64,000 nt of DNA from a virus: positions 1 to 64,000 of IMG/VR virus record IMGVR_UViG_3300047284_000228; one strand, given 5' to 3'. Shown here in pieces: positions 59,413-64,000 of the stretch. The first letter of the stretch is position 1. Each line of letters starts with the position of its first letter. The notes under the pieces were generated by a model. The model searched no databases, was not told the DNA's origin, and was given only the letters and a program-made list of their open reading frames with translations. A program made the position numbers and the translations under genes.

Positions 59413-60081
59413 TTAAATGGTACTTTTTTGAAGATTTTCCGTTTTGTAAATACAACCCGGATAAATTTTTTCAAAATCTTCATAGTTCATGTGTTTGAGA
59501 TTTCTATGATGAGGTCCTAGCTGATCAGGAATAAATGCATCTCCCTGTATGACCCGTACAAAATTAATATTCTTATGATCTCGTATGGTTCTTTCTGTTT
59601 GTGTCAGCCAGTTTCCGTGAAATGTTGCAGGATCTGTGCTTTTTTTATAGTTAAAAGTATTGGCGTATACATTGTTAAATCTGCCGTTGATCCCTGCATA
59701 ATCAAAGCCAAATATATAAATTTCGCGGTGCCCGTGGTCGCAAGCCAAGGAAAGAGCGGTAGGACCCGAACTCCATCCTTTATGTGGATTAAAGAAGTTT
59801 ACATGGTGCTTGGTAGACACACCTTTGTTAGGATTTGTCCAAACTGAACAACGTTTATGATAGCCGCTGGCTATGATTTCGTTGACCATTTTCACGTCTA
59901 CAGCTATCAAATAGTGGGGCTCAAACTCTCTATACATGGCATTACATGCATAGACAGTACCTTTGTCTAGGAGATTTTTGTGATTTAACTGTAGTCTACT
60001 AGTGCCGTTACCTAGTACGAATGCGGTGTTATTCGGCTGTTTGCTGTGCTTCAACTGGAGTTCCGTACATTTGTTTAACAA
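59413..60081 (-). CDS. Maf/DUF115-like Rossmann-fold glycosyltransferase-like protein
   Basis: AFVLGNGTS, CNA.Y, L.AVD, SSG..AL, IYIFGFDY motifs; start codon uncertain. Confidence 0.65.
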   Translation of the reverse strand: MLNKCTELQLKHSKQPNNTAFVLGNGTSRLQLNHKNLLDKGTVYACNAMYREFEPHYLIAVDVKMVNEIIASGYHKRCSVWTNPNKGVSTKHHVNFFNPHKGWSSGPTALSLACDHGHREIYIFGFDYAGINGRFNNVYANTFNYKKSTDPATFHGNWLTQTERTIRDHKNINFVRVIQGDAFIPDQLGPHHRNLKHMNYEDFEKIYPGCIYKTENLQKSTI

Positions 60082-60277
60082 ATTCCAGCTCTGAATCTCG
60101 CTCGTATTCGTGGGCTTCGCTTTGCATTCTCAGTTGATTTATTTGTCTAAGTGTTAGACGAATCTTTCTTGTATCGCTTTTTTCAATCACAGATTTGTCC
60201 TTGCTGTTGTCGTAGCGACGATCCACAGCAAAATCATTGTTGTTGTCATTGAAATAAAGGAATTCAAGTAGAAGCAT
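60029..60277 (-). CDS. Hypothetical protein (82 aa)
   Basis: TAAATA 4 nt upstream; directly downstream of the portal gene. Confidence 0.7.
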   Translation of the reverse strand: MLLLEFLYFNDNNNDFAVDRRYDNSKDKSVIEKSDTRKIRLTLRQINQLRMQSEAHEYERDSELEFVKQMYGTPVEAQQTAE

Positions 60278-60287
60278 AGTGTATTTA

Positions 60288-61988
60288 TTATTGTGCGGGT
60301 TCTTGAGCCGGAGCTGCCTCGGCGCCTGCTTCTGCGCCTGCTTCTGGCGCTTCTACTGGTGCTTCGGCGGTTTGTGTAGCAGCTTCTGCACCTAGTCCTG
60401 CAGGACTTACGCCAATACTTCTCATTTGGCTAGCTGCATCTAAAGAAGGCTTAAGATTTGAACCGTTCTCTTCTCTCCAGAGGCGTTCGTTTTCTTTGAT
60501 TTCTTCTTCAGTTAGACCTAGGAATCGTTTTAGAGCGAATCGTTTGCTGAGGTGTGCGATTTCTTGCAGTTGTGCAAAGGTAGCTGCCCTAGCTGTATCT
60601 AGTTCTGATTGTCTGTATGCTGCAAAATTCTGTGGAGGATTAAACTTTAATTCAAACAAACTAAAATCTATATTAATACCGTTGTTGTTCAACCAAAGTT
60701 TAAATTCTTGATCAAAAGTTTCTACGATCATCGACTGTAGTCGCTCACAGTACTTGTTAAAACGTAACTCTTGTATGTAGGCAGTACCTACTTTGCCATC
60801 TGATACAGTATTAGCCTGTTCATCTATGGCTGTAGGAAGATATGAAGCAGGTATGCGCAAAGCCCTAAACAATTTGTTAGTAAAATAACGAAGATCTGTA
60901 ATTTCTCCAAGATTCGTACCTCCGGGTAAGGTTTCTACTTTACTGCCACGGCCTTCTGCTGTCTGCGGAAAGAAGTAATCTTCTGAAACGCTTAATGGAT
61001 TATAACTAGCATCAACCATGTTTTGGCCGCCGCCGGTCGAGCTAGGAATTCTACGTTGATGGATTTCATTTTTAACACGCTCGACAAATGCCATGGCCAT
61101 GTGCGCAGGCATGTTACCTACGTCAACATAGAAAATCCTACGTTCTGGAGCACGTTGAATACGATAGATAATGATAGCATCTTCAAGTAGTTCTTTCTGC
61201 TTGTAGACCTTGAACACTGATTCTAGCAACGAATTACCAAAAGGATAGTTGTTGTCTAGGCCCTCTGAAAGACTGATATGCACGATATTTTTTGCATCTA
61301 CGGCTATTTCGTTAGTGCCGTTTTGGAATCTCGTTCCTGGTGGTCGTGCAGCATCACCGACCATACCGCGACCAAATCCACCGCCTGTGGTATATGAGCT
61401 AGTTCCGCTAGGTGCAGTGTTTGTGGTGTTATGAGGTGTTGTGGCTATAAGGTCTTTGAAATTAAAGTTGATATCTTTGATCACATACTGCTCAGGAACC
61501 TTACCTTCCGATTCATTAACGATAATTTTAGTCACTTTTGAAGCATCTACGAACAACCACTTCATAGTCTGCGGATCTTTGACAAAGAAACAATCGCCAT
61601 ACTTGAATGCATTTCTAACTATGCGGAATATTCTAGTTTCGAACTGCTGTTGTTTACTCCACTTCTGTAGACTTTCTTTTAGAAGTTTAGTTTCAGTGGA
61701 TGTTGGTTGTCCTCTGAAAAATAAATGGAACGCTGTGCTATTTTCTTTGTCTTTCTGTGTGCAGAATTCGGTTAAGATATCTAGGGCAGCATTGACTTCC
61801 GAGTCCATGTCCATAGTATCGTACTGCATATAACGCTCAACACGATTTGGTGCGCCGGCATATACATCGGGCAAGAAACTTGAATAATTAGCTCGAGCCG
61901 GTCCTGGACGTCCTCCGTTACCTACAGGACTATAGGAAGATTTTTGGTTATCTAAATTAACAGGAGTAAAATATTTTTTCCAAGACAT
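60288..61988 (-). CDS. gp20: Portal protein
   Basis: LLEDAIIIYRIQRAPERRIFYVDVGNMP, EDYFFP...G.G..V.TLPGG.NLGEI.D..YF..KL..AL.IP. Confidence 0.97.
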   Translation of the reverse strand: MSWKKYFTPVNLDNQKSSYSPVGNGGRPGPARANYSSFLPDVYAGAPNRVERYMQYDTMDMDSEVNAALDILTEFCTQKDKENSTAFHLFFRGQPTSTETKLLKESLQKWSKQQQFETRIFRIVRNAFKYGDCFFVKDPQTMKWLFVDASKVTKIIVNESEGKVPEQYVIKDINFNFKDLIATTPHNTTNTAPSGTSSYTTGGGFGRGMVGDAARPPGTRFQNGTNEIAVDAKNIVHISLSEGLDNNYPFGNSLLESVFKVYKQKELLEDAIIIYRIQRAPERRIFYVDVGNMPAHMAMAFVERVKNEIHQRRIPSSTGGGQNMVDASYNPLSVSEDYFFPQTAEGRGSKVETLPGGTNLGEITDLRYFTNKLFRALRIPASYLPTAIDEQANTVSDGKVGTAYIQELRFNKYCERLQSMIVETFDQEFKLWLNNNGINIDFSLFELKFNPPQNFAAYRQSELDTARAATFAQLQEIAHLSKRFALKRFLGLTEEEIKENERLWREENGSNLKPSLDAASQMRSIGVSPAGLGAEAATQTAEAPVEAPEAGAEAGAEAAPAQEPAQ

Positions 61989-62001
61989 TAATTAATTTCC
62001 C

Positions 62002-64000
62002 TTAAGCAGCACTATAAAGGTCACCGCTTTGAGCTATGTTTCGTTGAACAGATAGTTGGCGTTCGTTAACTTCATTGACACGACGTGTTAAAGAAATCAA
62101 AGTATCCATCTTAGTATTTAACGCAGATAGCAGTCCCGCAGGGGTATCTTGGCTTCCAACCGTGCCTGTTCCTGGTACTGCTTTTCCTTCACGTCTAATC
62201 CTTTCCTGTTCAGCTGCCACTGTATCTGCTGGTTTATTTTGGGCTAGAGCTGTTTGTGTGGTAGTAGCAGCCGGTGTAGTTGTTGTTGCCGGTGTTCTAA
62301 CTTGAGCCAATGCCTGCGATGCATCCGGAGCCACAGGAGCTCCTGCTATGCCTGCCATTTGAGTAGAAAACTTATCAACTTTGGCAGAAATTTCTGCACC
62401 GATGGCTCCTTTCTTTCTAATGTCTCCACCTGCGATCTGACTTGTAGCTAATAGATTAGCCTGCTCTTGGGTCATGTTAGCGGTGTTTATACCTAGCTTG
62501 CTGGCCATACTAGTTTGGCCTTTTTTCATATACCAAGCCGATACCTGTGCTGCAACTTCTGGATTGTTGACTAGATCTGGATTCTGTACCAATCTATCGT
62601 CACCATAGATAGCTTTTGATGCCGCAGCATAATTGTTTTTGCCTGTGAGTTGAATAAAACCTCGTCCGCGGAATTTGAAGCCATCTCCGGGCTCAGTGTT
62701 GCCCATTTGTTGGCCTAGTTTAGTACCGGCACCATACATCATTTCGCCCATCTTTGATGGATCTTTTTTGATTGCATCTAGTTCTGCATCGGTTTTTCCT
62801 GCGGCTCTCGAACCAAAAATCTTTCTGATACGATCATTAGAGGTACCGCCATAATTCATGTTCTCAGAAATACTCTTGCCGCCAGTTTCCTTCATAACGT
62901 TGCCCAATGTAGCAGCGATATATTTTGGATCTGTGATGCCTTGTTTAATTAGGGCAGCTTTGACCAATTCCATGTTTTTCTTTTGGTCTTGGTTTACAGG
63001 CGGTGGTGCAGTAGATGTGCCAGTTACGGGCGCAGTAGTTGTAGTTCCTGGCTGCTGTTGTTGTTGTGCTTGACCTTCCATTCTCTTCTTCATGCTGTCA
63101 AACATTTTTTGAGGAGAACTAAAATCAATAGGTGGTGGAGCAGCAGCGGCAGCGGCTGCATTGGCTTCGTTCGCACTAGCGGCACTTGCTCCAGCTTTAG
63201 CTTCTTGTGCTTTTTGTTCAGTTAATTTTTTACTGGCTTCAAGCTCTTTTTCTTTTTGTTCTTTGAGAGCTTTTTCTTGTTTATATTTGTCACCAGCTTC
63301 TTTTCTACGTTGATCTCTAGCTTTTTCTTTTTCGTCTAATTCAGTCTGCTCTTCTTTGATTCGATCTCGCATGGCTTTGATAGTATCACCGCCGCCAAAA
63401 AACTTAGCAACTTTTTCTGCTATAGCTAACCATATATCTGTATAGAACAGTGCAAAGCGTTTTAGATTATCTCCTATGGCTTCAAATACATCACTGAACG
63501 ACCATCCTGCTTCTTTGACCTTATCTGAAATCCATTGGAATCCTTTATACAGAGCCCAACCTGCTGCGACCAATGCTAGTATAGGCAGAGCTACTGCCAG
63601 TGCTGCACCCGCCATTGCTGCTAATGGAGCTAGTGAAGCTGTAACTCCTAGAGTTTGCAGTGCTTGGACAACGTTATGTGCAAATATAGCTGCTTTTAAT
63701 ATAGCAAATAGAGCTATCAATGGTGTTGCTACTAGCACGATCGTTTCAAAATTACGTGCCATCCACTGGAATGCTGGTACAACATAACTTATTGTAAAAT
63801 CCGTAAGCATGGTAAATGCCTGCATCATCGTATCAAGTAGACCGCTAGTGGCTAAGAATTTTGTAAACGTGTTACTAGTCTGGGCGATCTTTTCTTGATA
63901 TTCTTTTAATTTCGCAGGATCTAAACCTTCAGCCTGTAATTGTTTTTCTTTAGCAGCTCTTTCTGCGGCAGCTTTTTGTTGTTCTGCCTGTACCTGGCCT
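62002..64000 (-). CDS. Tape-measure/baseplate-hub-like protein with GH19 peptidoglycan hydrolase domain (5'-truncated)
   Basis: Frame is open to the window edge (checked by hand); hydrophobic helices, coiled coil, then KETGG, ENMNY, GDGFKFRGRGFIQLTGKNNY. Confidence 0.8.
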   Translation of the reverse strand, partial: GQVQAEQQKAAAERAAKEKQLQAEGLDPAKLKEYQEKIAQTSNTFTKFLATSGLLDTMMQAFTMLTDFTISYVVPAFQWMARNFETIVLVATPLIALFAILKAAIFAHNVVQALQTLGVTASLAPLAAMAGAALAVALPILALVAAGWALYKGFQWISDKVKEAGWSFSDVFEAIGDNLKRFALFYTDIWLAIAEKVAKFFGGGDTIKAMRDRIKEEQTELDEKEKARDQRRKEAGDKYKQEKALKEQKEKELEASKKLTEQKAQEAKAGASAASANEANAAAAAAAPPPIDFSSPQKMFDSMKKRMEGQAQQQQQPGTTTTAPVTGTSTAPPPVNQDQKKNMELVKAALIKQGITDPKYIAATLGNVMKETGGKSISENMNYGGTSNDRIRKIFGSRAAGKTDAELDAIKKDPSKMGEMMYGAGTKLGQQMGNTEPGDGFKFRGRGFIQLTGKNNYAAASKAIYGDDRLVQNPDLVNNPEVAAQVSAWYMKKGQTSMASKLGINTANMTQEQANLLATSQIAGGDIRKKGAIGAEISAKVDKFSTQMAGIAGAPVAPDASQALAQVRTPATTTTPAATTTQTALAQNKPADTVAAEQERIRREGKAVPGTGTVGSQDTPAGLLSALNTKMDTLISLTRRVNEVNERQLSVQRNIAQSGDLYSAA

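Noticed and set aside
934-63787. Many short plus-strand ORFs in the track
   Set aside because: They are antisense shadows of well-supported minus-strand genes, with no recognisable motifs.
1-64000. Stop-codon reassignment (TAG is rare as a stop)
   Set aside because: All core genes are intact under code 11, and TAG ends the dNMP kinase gene.

Overview
This 64 kb window is part of a large, divergent T4-like (myovirus) phage genome, almost all on the minus strand; product names come from motif recognition, not database searches. Replication/recombination genes are uvsX, gp32 SSB and dNMP kinase. The structural module is rearranged: terminases gp17/gp16, gp4, tail tube and sheath, neck gp13/14/15, about 35 kb of giant repeat-rich fibre/baseplate genes, major capsid gp23, scaffold gp22, protease gp21, portal gp20, and a 5'-truncated tape-measure-like protein with a GH19 domain. 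I saw no tRNA, rRNA, CRISPR array or IS element. Most interesting: (1) a cassette inside the tail-fibre region of three paralogous Gly/Cys-rich proteins (about 103 Cys in total), a fibre-chaperone-like gene, a glycosyltransferase and a NodU/CmcH-family carbamoyltransferase, a candidate adhesin-building or virion-modification system; (2) a second glycosyltransferase-like gene inside the capsid operon; (3) a TAA(A/G)TA box 4-5 nt before eleven start codons, implying leaderless late mRNAs; (4) an unannotated +1-frame ORF with no ATG overlapping a secreted-peptide gene; (5) structured 5' leaders, including a multi-stem RNA at 51426-51550.
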